Assembly (NCBI GenBank): GCA_963806035.1 | Contig: CAWDWO010000038.1 | Location: 1 to 64,000, forward strand | DNA length: 64,000 nucleotides | Source: Candidatus Krumholzibacteriota bacterium | GTDB taxonomy: Bacteria; Krumholzibacteriota; Krumholzibacteriia; JAJRXK01 | Reading direction: 5' to 3' | Shown here: positions 50,713 to 62,340 of the stretch, piece by piece | How the letters are laid out: each line of letters begins with the position of its first letter | Numbering within the stretch: position 1 is the first letter of the stretch | Translations under genes and position numbers: made by a program | The notes under the pieces: generated by a model | Seen by the model: the letters and a program-made list of their open reading frames with translations, nothing else | What the model was told of the DNA's origin: nothing | Databases searched by the model: none

Positions 50713-53700
50713 ATGAGAGCAGTACCCCAGACTCGACGAGTGCTGTTAGGGGCAATCTTTGTCCTGGCCGTGACGCACTGTGCCGCCATGGCGAGACCGG
50801 CGTTCGAACTCCAGCTCTTGGAGCAGAGCGCCGATCGCACGACCTTTCGCGTGCTGCTTCCCAGCCAGGGCGAGAACTTCGCAAGCGTGCAGAAATTCGT
50901 CCTCGCCCTGCCCTCGTCTCGTCCCGCGCAACTCACGATTCGAAACCGCCGCGAGGTCTTCGACTCCAGCGATCAGCGTGGCGTCGAGCTTCCCCCGGCG
51001 GGGGAGCTGGCGCAGCTGAGCCGGCCCCATCGCGTACGCGGCGTCTGGCGCGCCGTTCTTTCTCTCGCTGCGTTACCGCGGGCAGGATGGCCTTCCGCGG
51101 CGTCTGCAGGAGATCGAAATCACGGTGAATCATCCAGCGGCCGCCGGTGAATTCGCGCCCACGCCCGCGCTGGGCGCCTTCGATCCCGCGCGGTATTTCG
51201 CGACGAGTTCCTTCGTCAATCCCGCCACGGCCCGCTCCTTCCGCCGGGCAACCATCGCGCGCCAAGCGGCATCCACCAAGTTGGCCGGGGAGAACGACAC
51301 CTTCGCCCAAAGCTCGCACTGGCTTCGCCTTCAGATCTCACAGACCGGTCTCTACCGCCTGCGCTACGAGGATCTGGAGGCTCTGCTGCAAGGGGGGGCG
51401 GCCGCGATCGATCCCGCTTCCCTACGTCTCTTCTCGGCGCCGATGCTTCTGCAGAACCTCGATCCCAACGTGGCGGGGCAGAGTTGGGAATCCGATTACC
51501 AGCTGAAGGAACGCGCCATTTCCGTGGTGGCGTCCGCTCCGGCCGCGGGCATGGGAGCCGGGGACTACATCCTGTTCTACGCCGGGGGCGTCGATACCTG
51601 GATGGATCGTCACGACTCCTCGGTGGAGGACCCCTACGAGCACGTGGAGCACCAGTATGCAGATCAGCTGGCGCTGTGGCTGAGCTGGGACGAAATCGGC
51701 GTGTCTGATTCCACTTTCCCCTCCAATCCGCTACGGATGACTCAGCTCGACGCGACGCCGGATCAGGACCCCACCCAGGATCTCCTGGACTACCGCGAAC
51801 GCGTGCACCTCGAGGACTCCGCCGCCATGCGCTACGGAATCGTCAAGGACAACTGGAGCATGACGACCTCGCCGCTGCGCACGGACGAGGGCTTTTCGAA
51901 GAATTGGATCACGGACCATGTTCTGGCGGACAGCACCGCCTACATTTTCGTGAATCCAGTGATGATTCCGGCCAGCAGCGTGGCGAGTATCGAGGTGCTC
52001 ACCAACGGGGCGAACGCGGGCAATTTCACCTGGTCCTCTTCCCTCCAATTGAGTGGGGCCATCGTGCGCTTTGCGGGCCCGGTGGCGCCGCCGCTCGATG
52101 GCAGCAACCAGATTCAGATCGTGAACCGCTCTGCGAGCGTGAATGTCGATCTGGATCTCATCGATCTGAGCTTTCGTCGTGGTTTCTTCACGCGCTCCGG
52201 TAGACTCGAATGGATGGTCTTCCCCGATGAGTTTGCCACTCCCGGCTCGCGGACCATGCACCTGCGCGATGAAGAGCAGGCGGGCGCGGGCTTTGACGAC
52301 GAAACAGTGCTCTTGAATACCACGGATCCCGATCGTCCCGTCATTCTCACGGGGGCGGTGCTCGACCAGAACTCCCAGGGGCTGCGTTTCAAATCTCTCC
52401 TGCAGCCCGGCGAACACTTTGCCGTGTACGAAGCAGGAGCAATGCTCGATGTCAATGCCATGAAGCTCGGACGCCCGCGACTTCTCCGCAGCGAAGTTTT
52501 CGCGCAGGGCGGATGGGACTATCTCGCGGTGGGGCCAGCCGATCTCATCGATGGGGCCGACGAGCTGGTGAATTACCACAGCCAGGAGTTGCGTGATGAG
52601 AACGGCCAGTCCTTGGCTGCTCCGCGGGTGACGAGCGTCGATCTGCAGGACATCTGGGACAATTTCGGCTACGGCGTGAAGGAGCCGGCCGCGCTGCGAA
52701 ACTTCCTGAAATTTTGCTACCTGCATCCAGTGCGTCAAGAGGCGGGCAGGCAGACCCAGTACGCTCTGCTGGTGGGGGATGCCAGCCGGGACTACCGCAG
52801 CCGACTACCCGGCAGCACGGGTGAGGAGGAGCGCGATCGCTGCCCCACCTTCGTGCAGACCCACTGGCCTTACAGCAATGAGACACAATTGGGTCAGGCG
52901 CAGTATGCACCCTATGCCAGTGACGATTGGTTCGGCGCCTTCGATGCGCCGGATAGTTCCGATTCTCGTCTCGCTCCCTACGACTTGCCCGAGCTGGCCA
53001 TGGGTCGGATGCCTTCGGCGAATCTCTCGGAGACGCGGCTGATGGTGCGCCGTGCCACCGAGTACCAGACCACGCCCGAAGCGGGTGACTGGCGCAACGA
53101 CGTCCTTCTGGTCTGCGACGACGAGGTCGGTCTCGCGTCCAACTCCACCGGCGAGAAGTTTCACATCCTGGAGGGAGAGCTTCTGGCCGAGGGTTTGATT
53201 CCGGACGTGGTGGACGTGACGAAGCTGTATCTCACCGAGTATCCCAATCCGCCGGGACCACGCAACAAGCCAGCGGCGCGCGCCGACATGCGTCGCTTCT
53301 GGTCGGATGGAAAACTGATCGTCCACTACATCGGTCACGGTTCACCGCGCCAGCTGGCTGACGAGAAGGTCTTTCTCATCGAGGACGTCGCGGCCCTCAC
53401 CAACGAGAATCGCCTGCCACTCTTTCTCGCGTTCTCCTGCGACGTCTCGATCTTCGATTCACCCACCGAGAAGAGCATGGCCGAACAGCTGATGCTCCAC
53501 GAGGGGGGTGGAGCCATCGCGAGCATCGCGGCCACCCAGGTGACCTTCGTCCAATCGAACGACAATCTGACGAACGACTTTTACCCGCTGCTTTTCCCCA
53601 CGGACGATCCGGTGGATTCACCGCCCATCGGGACCGTACTGCGCGGCGCCACCGTGGTGCTCGGTGGCAGCCCCTTCACCGATCACAACTCGCTCAAGTA

Positions 53701-54775
53701 CGCGCTCTTTGGAGACCCCGCACTGCGTCTGGCCACCGCGCAGAAGGGCCTGACGCTCTCCGGTGCGCTCGCTGACACCATCGCCACCGGCAGGCTCTCC
53801 GAACTCGTGGGCCGCAGGACGGACGGCCAGCTCCTCTCCGGTCGCTACGAACTCCTCGCGCGGGAGGCGCGCGATTCCTCGGGCTATTCGCGCGTGGACA
53901 ACGACACCACCATCTTCCACATCCCCTACGTGCTGGACGGGGCGGCCTTCTTCAAGGGCCAGGGCATCGCCTCCGGGGAGAGCCTCAAAGTCGATCTTCC
54001 CGTTCCCGTCAGCCTGCGCGCGGGGAACGATGGCCGCGTCCGCATGCTCTACGAAGACGATGGTCTTCAAAGCTCCGAAATGGTCGGTATCTCCGACCCC
54101 GTACCGGTCGTGCTCCGTTCCAGTTCGAGCGATGACAACGAGGGTCCCACCATTCAGTTGAGCTTCTCCACCGCCTCGGTCATCGTGGTTCCCGGAGACA
54201 CGCTCAGCGTTCGACTCAGCGACCCGAGCGGGATCAACGTGCTGGGGACCACTCCGGCCAGTCGGATCAACGTCGATTTCGATTCGCGCGGCTTCCCGTT
54301 GGACGTCACCGGGCTCTTCCGGCTGGACGAGGGTCACTACGACAGCGGCGGCCTGAGCTATCCGCTGCCCTCCGATCTGGAGCCGGGAGCGCACACCATG
54401 CAGGTGAGCGCCAGCGATACGCGCGGAAATCTCTCGAAGGCTTCGATCAGCTTCACTTTGCGTCAGCCGGGAGCGCTCGAGATCACCGATGCGGTGGCCG
54501 TGCCCAATCCCTTTTCGCGAGCCACGAGATTCGTGGTCGATCTGAGCGACGCAGCGCGCGTCGAGATCGGCATTCACTCTCTCGACGGCCGGCTCATTCG
54601 CAAGCTCGAGGACGTGCAGAATCAACGAGGAGTTCTCGTCATCGATTGGGATGGCTTGGATTTCCGGGGGGACGAAATTGCCAACGGCGTGTACCTCTAC
54701 ACGGTACGGGCCACCTTTCTTCAGGCATCGCAGCTCAGCTTGACCAGGACGGGTCGAGTGGTGCGGATGCGCTAG
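50713..54775 (+). CDS. PorU-like C25 (gingipain family) sortase with FlgD/T9SS CTD; frameshifted near 51055-51067
   Basis: Signal peptide in ORF from 50713; downstream frame has LLVGDAS.DY, SDDWF, GRMP, HYIGHG, AFSC, FGDPAL, VPNPFS, ANGVYLY. Confidence 0.8.
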
Positions 54776-54850
54776 CGGAAAGGGCAAGGAACGACTCATG
54801 TTTCACATCAGCTGGGGCGCCAACCCAATCCGACACAGGAGGACCAATCA

Positions 54851-55843
54851 GTGAACCGCTCCCTAATGGCCATCTTGGCCGCACTCATCATCGTGACCGC
54901 ATTCTCAGGGGACGCATTGGCGGTGAGCCAGGCAGGCGCGATCTCCCTGACCTTTCCCATCGGCGCGCGCTACAACGCGCTGGGAGAGGCGGGGACTGCG
55001 CTCAGCACGGACATCGCTGCCATGTGGTGGAACGTGGGAGGTTTCGCATTCGCGGCTGACGGCGGAAAGCGCCGCGGCTTCGAATTCATGGACACCAAGC
55101 TCGTACCTGACCTCGCCAACGACGTGCGCTTGGATTTTCTCGGCTACGGCCAGTACGTCGAAGGCTGGGGTATGATGGGAATTTACCTCGACTACCTCAA
55201 CAACGGTCAGCAGACGAGCACCGACGAAGGGGGACAGCTCAAGGGAACCTTTGGCTCCTACGAGTTCTCGGTGGGATTTGCCTACGGCGTGAAGATAACC
55301 CCGCGCATGGGGGTCGGAGTCGGGGTCAAGTACTTCCGTAACGAACTGGCTCCCGATCAATTCACGCAGGACCGTGGCTCGGGCTCGGGCTCCACCTGGG
55401 CCATCGATACCGGTCTGCACTACCGGGTCAACGATCGCCTGCAACTCGGGGCGGCCCTGACCAACATGGGCCCGGACATCACCTTCATCGATGCGGATCA
55501 GTCCGACCCCATGCCGCTCACGTTCCGTACCGGATTCGCCATGACGGCCTATCAGAGCGAGTACATGGGCTTCCTGGTCGTCGGCGATTATCTCAAGAGT
55601 CTGGTGAGCCAGGACGACACGCAGATCTTCGGCGGCGGCGTCGAGTGGAACTACGTGGAGAGTCTCTACATCAGGCTGGGATACAAGAACGACAACGAGG
55701 GTGAGATCAAGGATTACACCTGGGGATTGGGAGTCGACTTGAGCCGCTGGACGGGTCAGTCGGTATCGGTGGACTATGCGAGCGTACCGCAGGCCAAGGA
55801 TCTGGCTCGCGTGAATCGAATCTCACTCAGCTTCCTCTTTTGA
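54851..55843 (+). CDS. PorV/PorQ-family (UPF0164-like) outer-membrane beta-barrel
   Basis: Signal peptide; LTFPIGARYNALGEAG, WWN, NMGP.I.F...DPMP.TFRTG; C-terminal F; follows porU-like gene. Confidence 0.8.
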   Translation: MNRSLMAILAALIIVTAFSGDALAVSQAGAISLTFPIGARYNALGEAGTALSTDIAAMWWNVGGFAFAADGGKRRGFEFMDTKLVPDLANDVRLDFLGYGQYVEGWGMMGIYLDYLNNGQQTSTDEGGQLKGTFGSYEFSVGFAYGVKITPRMGVGVGVKYFRNELAPDQFTQDRGSGSGSTWAIDTGLHYRVNDRLQLGAALTNMGPDITFIDADQSDPMPLTFRTGFAMTAYQSEYMGFLVVGDYLKSLVSQDDTQIFGGGVEWNYVESLYIRLGYKNDNEGEIKDYTWGLGVDLSRWTGQSVSVDYASVPQAKDLARVNRISLSFLF

Positions 55844-55907
55844 GGCGAGTCAGAGCGACTTGGAAGGCAAAGTTCAACTCAGCGCGATCAGTGCCGGAGG
55901 TCAGTGA

Positions 55908-58900
55908 ATGTCATGCCGAGCAAGCCAGGGCCCAAGGCCTTCGTCGAGTGCATCACGCTCGCTGACTCTGCGTGCCCTCGGATTGTCCTGTCTGCTCCTG
56001 TGGGGGTTGGCGCTCCCTCGTCACGCCGATGCAGCCAGGCCGAAACAATCCGAGGTGGTGCGCGTGCGTTCCTATCCCTCGCTCACGCTTCGCCGATCCC
56101 CCTTGCCCAGTCAACTGCCTCCGGCCCAATTGCAAGAACTGGAAAAGAGGGAGGAGAGTGAGGAACTGGTGCGGCGCCATCTGGGACCGCACGGAATTTC
56201 GCGCAAAGGCTTGGCGCGCGCGCAGCGCCGCCGTGAGATCGTGTCGACCAAGGGCCTGGCCGCGGCGGGAGTCGATACGCTGCACGTGCTGGTCGTTCTG
56301 ATCGATTTCGAAACCGACCGCTCGGGTTCTCTCACCAGCGTGACCGAAGACGGTGGGTTCAGCTGTGAGCCGGACACCTCGCTCATCTTCGATCCGCCGC
56401 CGCACGACCGGAACTTCTTTCGGTCTCACATCGAGGGTTTGGGGCGCTACTGGTCGTCCATGAGCAACGGCCGTCTCGTGGTGGACGCGCGCGTCTATCC
56501 TCCGGCCGATCCCGCTTCGGATCGCTATCCCTGCAACGCCATCTCTCTGAGCGACATCGCGGATTTCGGTCCGGGCTCAGGCGGCTTTTGGGACCTCGAT
56601 GGACTGGTGAAGCTGGTGCAATCCATGATCACCGCGACCGACGAGGCGTCTCTGGACGATCCCACTCTGAACCTGGCCGATTTCGATTTCGACAACCCGA
56701 ATTCCTACGTGATCTTCGCGCACGCCGGGGGCGACCTGCAGAGCAACCTGGTGTGGACTCCGGGGAGCGAGGGCTATTCACCCAACGACATTCCCACTTT
56801 CTTCGTGCTTTTCGGAGATGACGACAAAGTTCCTCTGCAATCGGTGGATTCGTCCACCAGCACCCAGGGTCTCATGACCGAGTGCAGCATCATTCCCGAG
56901 AGCACGACCCAGGACGGATTGGTGGGGAGCATTGCCGCCGCGCTCTACCACGAGTTCGGGCACTCCCTGGGCCTGCCCGATCTCTACAGCACTTATACCG
57001 GCCAGCCCACCGTGGGCTGGTGGGATCTCATGGACAGTGGAACGAATCTCCCCGCGGTGGTGCAACTGCAAGCCGGAGGAGATCCCATCCAGGTCACGGG
57101 CCTGCTCCCGCCCAGTATCGGTCTCTGGTCCAAGTGGTTCTTGGGATGGGTCGATCCGATTCGCGCCACCGCGCAGACCAAGTCCGTCGATCTGCCGGCC
57201 TCCTACCTGCAGGGCCGCGATGACAAGGGCTTGCTGCTGGATACCGGGAGCGACGAGTTCTTCTTGGTGGAAAATCGCTGGATCCCGCCCTTCGTCCCGG
57301 TGGACGCGAGCGGCAATCCCCAGTGGGTGCTGATCCGCGACCAGGATACCGGAGTGGTGCTCTATCTGGGCGAGAACACGGATGACATGCGCCCGGCGAA
57401 CACCAATCTCTATGACTACTTCATGCCCTGGGCCGGCGGTGCCATGGTGTGGAGAGTTCGCGAGAATCTGATCGATCAGCGTATCGCCACCAACGAGGTC
57501 CAGGGAGTTCCCGGTGACTTCGCGCTGGAGATCGTCGAAGCTGACGGGATCCAGGACATAGGGATCTTCGATTTTCGGACCTTCGGTTTCGTGGGCAGTG
57601 ACAACGACGCCTTTCGCGCGCAGGGCCTCTATCCGAATCCGCCTGTGAATCCTTTCTTCAGCGTGAATTTCGATTCCACCCAAACTGCCTTCGGGCCCTC
57701 GACCATCCCGAGCAGTGAGAGCGCGATGAAGGTTCCCACCGGCGCGGCCATCTGGGACATCTCGCGCAGCGACACCTTCATGACGATGAAGGCCGCGCTG
57801 AAGGTCTCGCCGGTCGCGGACAATTCTCTCTTTCCCGTAGTCTTGCCCCCAGTGGACCGAGCGAAGGGCCCGGTGCCGCTGTTGGGCGATGCCGCGAGCG
57901 TGAGCACCTTGGGCGGCCTGGATGCCACCGGCTCTGTGGAACCGGCCATCCTGGTCAGCGCGGTGGCTTCCGATGGCGGGGCGGGAGCCGGAATTTTCGC
58001 ATTCACACCGGCGGGAGATCCCATCGGGAGTGGAGCGGTGGCATCACTGGGTGCGGCCACCGCGGGACCCATCGCGTACTTGCCCTCATTCCGTGGCGCT
58101 CCCGCCTACGCGTTCGCGACCATCGATGGAAGTCTGGACGTGCGCGACGCCGATCTGCGTGCGGGTGGCGTTTCACTCTCCGGTTTTCCGCTCGCCCTGG
58201 GGGACTCGATCGGCGCCGGTCCCATCGTCGTTCGCAGGGGCTCGCAGGCGCTTTTGCTGACGGCCAATCTATCGGCGAACCGGCTTCACATCGTCGATGA
58301 GAGCGCGGCCCTGCACGAGGATTGGACCGACTGGGAGAGCTCGAGCGGCTTGGGTCTGGCTCCCAACGAGACCTTGCGTAGCGCACCGGTCGCGGCCGAT
58401 CTCGATGGCGACGGAAGCGTGGAATCGATGGTCTTCTTGGCGGGTGGGCGCATCGTGGGATACGATCTCAGCGGCGCCTCGCCCAACCGCATTCTCGACC
58501 TTGCCGTCCTGGACAAACTGGGACCCGTGGGCCCTGAGGCTCACTTCGATCTGATCGCGTGGCCCAGCGAAGACGGGGCTGCCCGCGATCGTATCCTCCT
58601 GGCCTACAGCGAGACCAGGGACCGTGACCCCGACGCGATTCTCTTGCGCGTGTTCTTCCAGAACGGGGCGTGGAAGTCGGAGTATTTCGGCGAGCGAATG
58701 CCCTATGTCCTCACCGGAGCGCCGGCACTGGGTGATCTGGATGGGGATGGCCACCGCGACGTGGTGGTCCTGGACCAGAAGAGAATTTGGGCCTTCGGCG
58801 GTCCGAGCGGTGCCTCCTTGGGGGGCTTCCCGATTCCCCTGCGCGATCAGCACCTCGTCAGCGCCGGCGAGAAACTCATCGACGAGCCCAAGGGCAGCGC

Positions 58901-59570
58901 GATCATCGCCGACGTGGATGGTGACGGTCAGAACGAGCTCGTGTTCGAGAGCGCGCTCGGGCTACTCTACGCTCTCGAGGGTGACGGCACGAACAGCTCC
59001 GGTTACCCGCGGAAACTCAGTGGGGGTGGAGTCGTCTCTCCCCAACTCTTCGATTATCTCGATGGCGCGCAACCGAAGCGGGCGCTACTTCTCTTCGAAG
59101 CCGAGGGTGACACCGTGGCGCAGGGGAGTGCTCTGCGCAATCCGCGTCTACAAAAGCTCGCGCTTCCTGTGCCTCCCGAACCGCGTCACGACCAGAGACT
59201 GCCCGAATGGCGCGGTCTTCTGGGAAGCGTGCTGCGCACGGGCAGAGCGGTCCCCGGGCAAGGGCCGCAAAGCAGTGTCGCCTCAGCGCACGAAGACAAG
59301 GGGGCCTTCGTCTATCCCAATCCCGCCGGCGCACAGCTCTATGCCAGAGTGCGATTCGAGAGCGGGGGCGAACAGACCGCTTCGGCGACCCTGATGAATC
59401 TCGAAGGCCAGGAGCGCTACACGACCACCAAAGAGATTTCCGCGGTGGGGACGAGCGAGATCGATCTGCCCATCGAGACCCTGGCCTCCGGGCCCTATCT
59501 CTGCCGTATCGAATACTTGGCCCCGGCCGGACGCCGGGTCGAAATCGTACCTTTCTACATCGAGCACTGA
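55908..59570 (+). CDS. Secreted M6 (immune inhibitor A)-type metalloprotease with FG-GAP repeats and T9SS-like CTD
   Basis: HAGGD, HEFGHSLGLPDLY, WDLMDSG, FLVENR; DLDGDG repeats; VYPNP...ASGPYL. Confidence 0.82.
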   Translation: MSCRASQGPRPSSSASRSLTLRALGLSCLLLWGLALPRHADAARPKQSEVVRVRSYPSLTLRRSPLPSQLPPAQLQELEKREESEELVRRHLGPHGISRKGLARAQRRREIVSTKGLAAAGVDTLHVLVVLIDFETDRSGSLTSVTEDGGFSCEPDTSLIFDPPPHDRNFFRSHIEGLGRYWSSMSNGRLVVDARVYPPADPASDRYPCNAISLSDIADFGPGSGGFWDLDGLVKLVQSMITATDEASLDDPTLNLADFDFDNPNSYVIFAHAGGDLQSNLVWTPGSEGYSPNDIPTFFVLFGDDDKVPLQSVDSSTSTQGLMTECSIIPESTTQDGLVGSIAAALYHEFGHSLGLPDLYSTYTGQPTVGWWDLMDSGTNLPAVVQLQAGGDPIQVTGLLPPSIGLWSKWFLGWVDPIRATAQTKSVDLPASYLQGRDDKGLLLDTGSDEFFLVENRWIPPFVPVDASGNPQWVLIRDQDTGVVLYLGENTDDMRPANTNLYDYFMPWAGGAMVWRVRENLIDQRIATNEVQGVPGDFALEIVEADGIQDIGIFDFRTFGFVGSDNDAFRAQGLYPNPPVNPFFSVNFDSTQTAFGPSTIPSSESAMKVPTGAAIWDISRSDTFMTMKAALKVSPVADNSLFPVVLPPVDRAKGPVPLLGDAASVSTLGGLDATGSVEPAILVSAVASDGGAGAGIFAFTPAGDPIGSGAVASLGAATAGPIAYLPSFRGAPAYAFATIDGSLDVRDADLRAGGVSLSGFPLALGDSIGAGPIVVRRGSQALLLTANLSANRLHIVDESAALHEDWTDWESSSGLGLAPNETLRSAPVAADLDGDGSVESMVFLAGGRIVGYDLSGASPNRILDLAVLDKLGPVGPEAHFDLIAWPSEDGAARDRILLAYSETRDRDPDAILLRVFFQNGAWKSEYFGERMPYVLTGAPALGDLDGDGHRDVVVLDQKRIWAFGGPSGASLGGFPIPLRDQHLVSAGEKLIDEPKGSAIIADVDGDGQNELVFESALGLLYALEGDGTNSSGYPRKLSGGGVVSPQLFDYLDGAQPKRALLLFEAEGDTVAQGSALRNPRLQKLALPVPPEPRHDQRLPEWRGLLGSVLRTGRAVPGQGPQSSVASAHEDKGAFVYPNPAGAQLYARVRFESGGEQTASATLMNLEGQERYTTTKEISAVGTSEIDLPIETLASGPYLCRIEYLAPAGRRVEIVPFYIEH

Positions 59571-59584
59571 CGCCGGGAGGAAGT

Positions 59585-60568
59585 ATGCGCGCCACCCTTT
59601 CATTTCTCGTACTCCTCGTTCTCGCCGCACAAACCGCGCGGGCGGCGGAGACTTCCACTCCTTTCGATCCCGTCGATTCCGCGCTGCGGACGACGCATCT
59701 GGAGTCGCGCGTGGCCGCTTCGCAGCTGCTCGACGATGGTTCAACCAAGGCCGCGCCGAGTTACCACTTCGACGCAGAGCAGGCCGATCGCATACTGGCG
59801 CAGGAAGGCGAAGCAACTCCGCACTGGGACGAGGGCCAATCCTCGGGCGCGCCGCGGCGCTGGTGGTCGCTCGCGCTTTCGGCGGCAGTGCCCGGGCTGG
59901 GTGAGGCGGTGACCGGACACCGCCGCGGCTACTTCTTCATGGCGGCCGACGCAGCCTCCATCTTTGGGGCGATCCACTACAACAAGAAGGGCGATGACAA
60001 GGAAAAGGAGTACATCGCCTTCGCCGATGCTCATTGGAGCGAATCACGATGGGAGGAGGCGCTGCGTACCGTGGACACTTCCCCTTGGTTCGGAACGGAC
60101 TATCGAGACAAGAGCAAGGATGACGTCCCTCTCTACGTTTCCAAGGAGGAGGACGCGCGCGAGTACTACGAGAACTTGGGGAAGTGGGACATCTTCTGGT
60201 ATGGCTGGCAGGATAGCAAGCCGAGCAGCATCGGCGATACGGACATCACCTGGGACTGGACGAATCCTCCCCCGGATTTCATCACGCCGCTGCGCAATCA
60301 GTATCTCGACATGAGAACCGCGAGCAACGACGCCTACGGCAATCGCGACAAGTTTCTCACCGCGAGCCTGCTCCTGCGTCTGTTCAGTGTCCTTCAGGTC
60401 GCGTATTTGGAGGGTTTCATCGGCGGACGTTACAACAACGACTACGAGGGGCCGGGAGTGGGCGGTTCGTTGGCGCATCTGCAGAAGAGTCACGGCGCTC
60501 AGGTGAATTGGTTCGTGGATGCGCGAAGCCTCGACCACACCCGCTTGGGCCTTCAGGTGAGGTATTGA
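59585..60568 (+). CDS. Secreted/outer-membrane hypothetical protein (SAxVPGxG motif)
   Basis: Signal peptide; SAAVPGLGE..G..RGYFF; ends LGLQVRY; GGAGG RBS. Confidence 0.65.
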   Translation: MRATLSFLVLLVLAAQTARAAETSTPFDPVDSALRTTHLESRVAASQLLDDGSTKAAPSYHFDAEQADRILAQEGEATPHWDEGQSSGAPRRWWSLALSAAVPGLGEAVTGHRRGYFFMAADAASIFGAIHYNKKGDDKEKEYIAFADAHWSESRWEEALRTVDTSPWFGTDYRDKSKDDVPLYVSKEEDAREYYENLGKWDIFWYGWQDSKPSSIGDTDITWDWTNPPPDFITPLRNQYLDMRTASNDAYGNRDKFLTASLLLRLFSVLQVAYLEGFIGGRYNNDYEGPGVGGSLAHLQKSHGAQVNWFVDARSLDHTRLGLQVRY

Positions 60569-60570
60569 TC

Positions 60571-61356
60571 ATGCGCGCGAGATTCAGTTTCGTCTTGGCA
60601 TTCGTTGCGCTTCTCGCCGGATACGGTACGGCCCGCGCGGATGATGGAGGAAGATTGAGCTCCATCATGAGGAGCAGCTCGGACCGCGCGGTCGCTCAAC
60701 AGAGCCAGCCCGACCACGTCACCGCACCGATCTTCGGGGGAGAAATCGGGGCCCGTTTGAAGCACGCCTCACATTCGCTTCTGCTTCCCGGTTGGTCGCA
60801 GCTCCGTTCGCATCACCAGTACCGTGCCGCCTTCTTCTTGACGGCGGAGGCCGCCATCTGGACCTCCTTCGCGGTATTCAAGGTGCAGGGGCACAGCCGG
60901 GAAAACACCTACCACGATTACGCGGTGAATTTCGCGGGAATCGCCCCCGGTGATCGGGACGACAACTACTGGCGCTCATTGGGGATCTACCGAGACAGCG
61001 ATGCGTACAACGAGGACCGTCGCCGCGATTTGCGAATCGGGCTCGATCCCTCCGGCCCGGAGTACGCCGGGGGAGACGCCTGGCAGTGGCAGAGTGAAGC
61101 CCGCTTCGACGACTACAACGCGCTCCGGCGAGACGCCAACAGCGCCTACGACCACGCGGACTTGGTGGTGGTGCTGGCTCTGGTCAACCGCCTCGTCTCC
61201 TTCGTCGATGCCATGCGGAGCGGTCCGCCACAAGAGGATGGAGATGCTGCGCCCAACCACCTGCTGAATGCCGGCGGATTCGGAATGGATCTCGGTGTGG
61301 GCCCCGATGCGAACGGGGGGGTGGCCTCCTCGTTCACTCTCAGCCGGAGCTTCTGA
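60571..61356 (+). CDS. Secreted/outer-membrane hypothetical protein, probable paralog of the upstream gene
   Basis: Signal peptide; SLLLPGWSQ..RAAFF; ends SFTLSRSF. Confidence 0.65.
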   Translation: MRARFSFVLAFVALLAGYGTARADDGGRLSSIMRSSSDRAVAQQSQPDHVTAPIFGGEIGARLKHASHSLLLPGWSQLRSHHQYRAAFFLTAEAAIWTSFAVFKVQGHSRENTYHDYAVNFAGIAPGDRDDNYWRSLGIYRDSDAYNEDRRRDLRIGLDPSGPEYAGGDAWQWQSEARFDDYNALRRDANSAYDHADLVVVLALVNRLVSFVDAMRSGPPQEDGDAAPNHLLNAGGFGMDLGVGPDANGGVASSFTLSRSF

Positions 61357-61360
61357 GAGC

Positions 61361-62326
61361 ATGCGCTGGCGCATCGCCCTCTGTCTTCCTCTCGCGGCTC
61401 TGGTCCTGGGCGCCTGTGGGGAAGCACCTCCACCGCGGCTTTACGGCCTGGAGAAAGTGGATGCTCCCGCTCCGCGCGAATTTCAATTCGAAGGAGCTCT
61501 GGAGAACCGGAAGTCCGAGCCCTACGCGCCCCTGATGCAACTGTCATCCGTCGCCGTGTTGCCGGACGGACGCATGTTCTTGGCCGACATCGGAAGCGGA
61601 CGCATTCACCGCTTCGACAAGGATGGCGAGTATCTAGGTGCCGTGGATCGCCCTTCGGTCGGCTTTGCCCCGCTCGACCTCGCCGCTCTGAGCTTCCATC
61701 TCTACGCTCTCGACCGGAGCGAACAGAAGGTCTATCGCTTCAATCGGGACGGAGTCTTGCGCGACATGGTGCTCGATCTCAATGCACTTGACCTGGATCG
61801 GCCGGTGCGGATTTCCGCATTCGACTTCGACCGTGACGGACGCTTGGCCCTGGCGGACGCAGTGGGACATCGGGTCCTGGTCACCAGCCCCTTTCTGAAG
61901 TTCGACTATTCCGTCGGTGAGTACGGTCAGTTCCTGGGGCAGCTGAACCAACCGGACGGAGTGTGTTTTGGTCCCAGTGGCTTTCTCTACGTCTCCGACA
62001 AGGGGAACGCCAGGGTCGAGGTCTTCGACGAAACCGGTCAGGTGCTGGCGGCGACCCCGGGGCTCGAGGCGGTCCACCCGTTGATGGTCGCGCCGGCCGG
62101 TCTCGATACCGACCGCTTCGGCAACGTCTACGTCGCGGACGCCGGAATGGGCGTGGTCCACGTTCTGGCACCGGACCTCCATTACCTGAGCTCGGTGGGA
62201 GGTGATGAGTTCGCCCCCGACCACTTGCGTACCCCGGTGGACTGCGCCGTGGGGCCGGACGATCGTCTCTACGTGATAGATGCGGGCCGCAACGCCCTGC
62301 TCGTCTATCGAATCGTCTTCCCCTGA
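61361..62326 (+). CDS. NHL-repeat beta-propeller lipoprotein
   Basis: Lipobox LGAC; repeats GQLNQPDGV, YVSDKGNARV, YVADAG, PVDCAV. Confidence 0.82.
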   Translation: MRWRIALCLPLAALVLGACGEAPPPRLYGLEKVDAPAPREFQFEGALENRKSEPYAPLMQLSSVAVLPDGRMFLADIGSGRIHRFDKDGEYLGAVDRPSVGFAPLDLAALSFHLYALDRSEQKVYRFNRDGVLRDMVLDLNALDLDRPVRISAFDFDRDGRLALADAVGHRVLVTSPFLKFDYSVGEYGQFLGQLNQPDGVCFGPSGFLYVSDKGNARVEVFDETGQVLAATPGLEAVHPLMVAPAGLDTDRFGNVYVADAGMGVVHVLAPDLHYLSSVGGDEFAPDHLRTPVDCAVGPDDRLYVIDAGRNALLVYRIVFP

Positions 62327-62340
62327 GAGGGGACGGGCCC

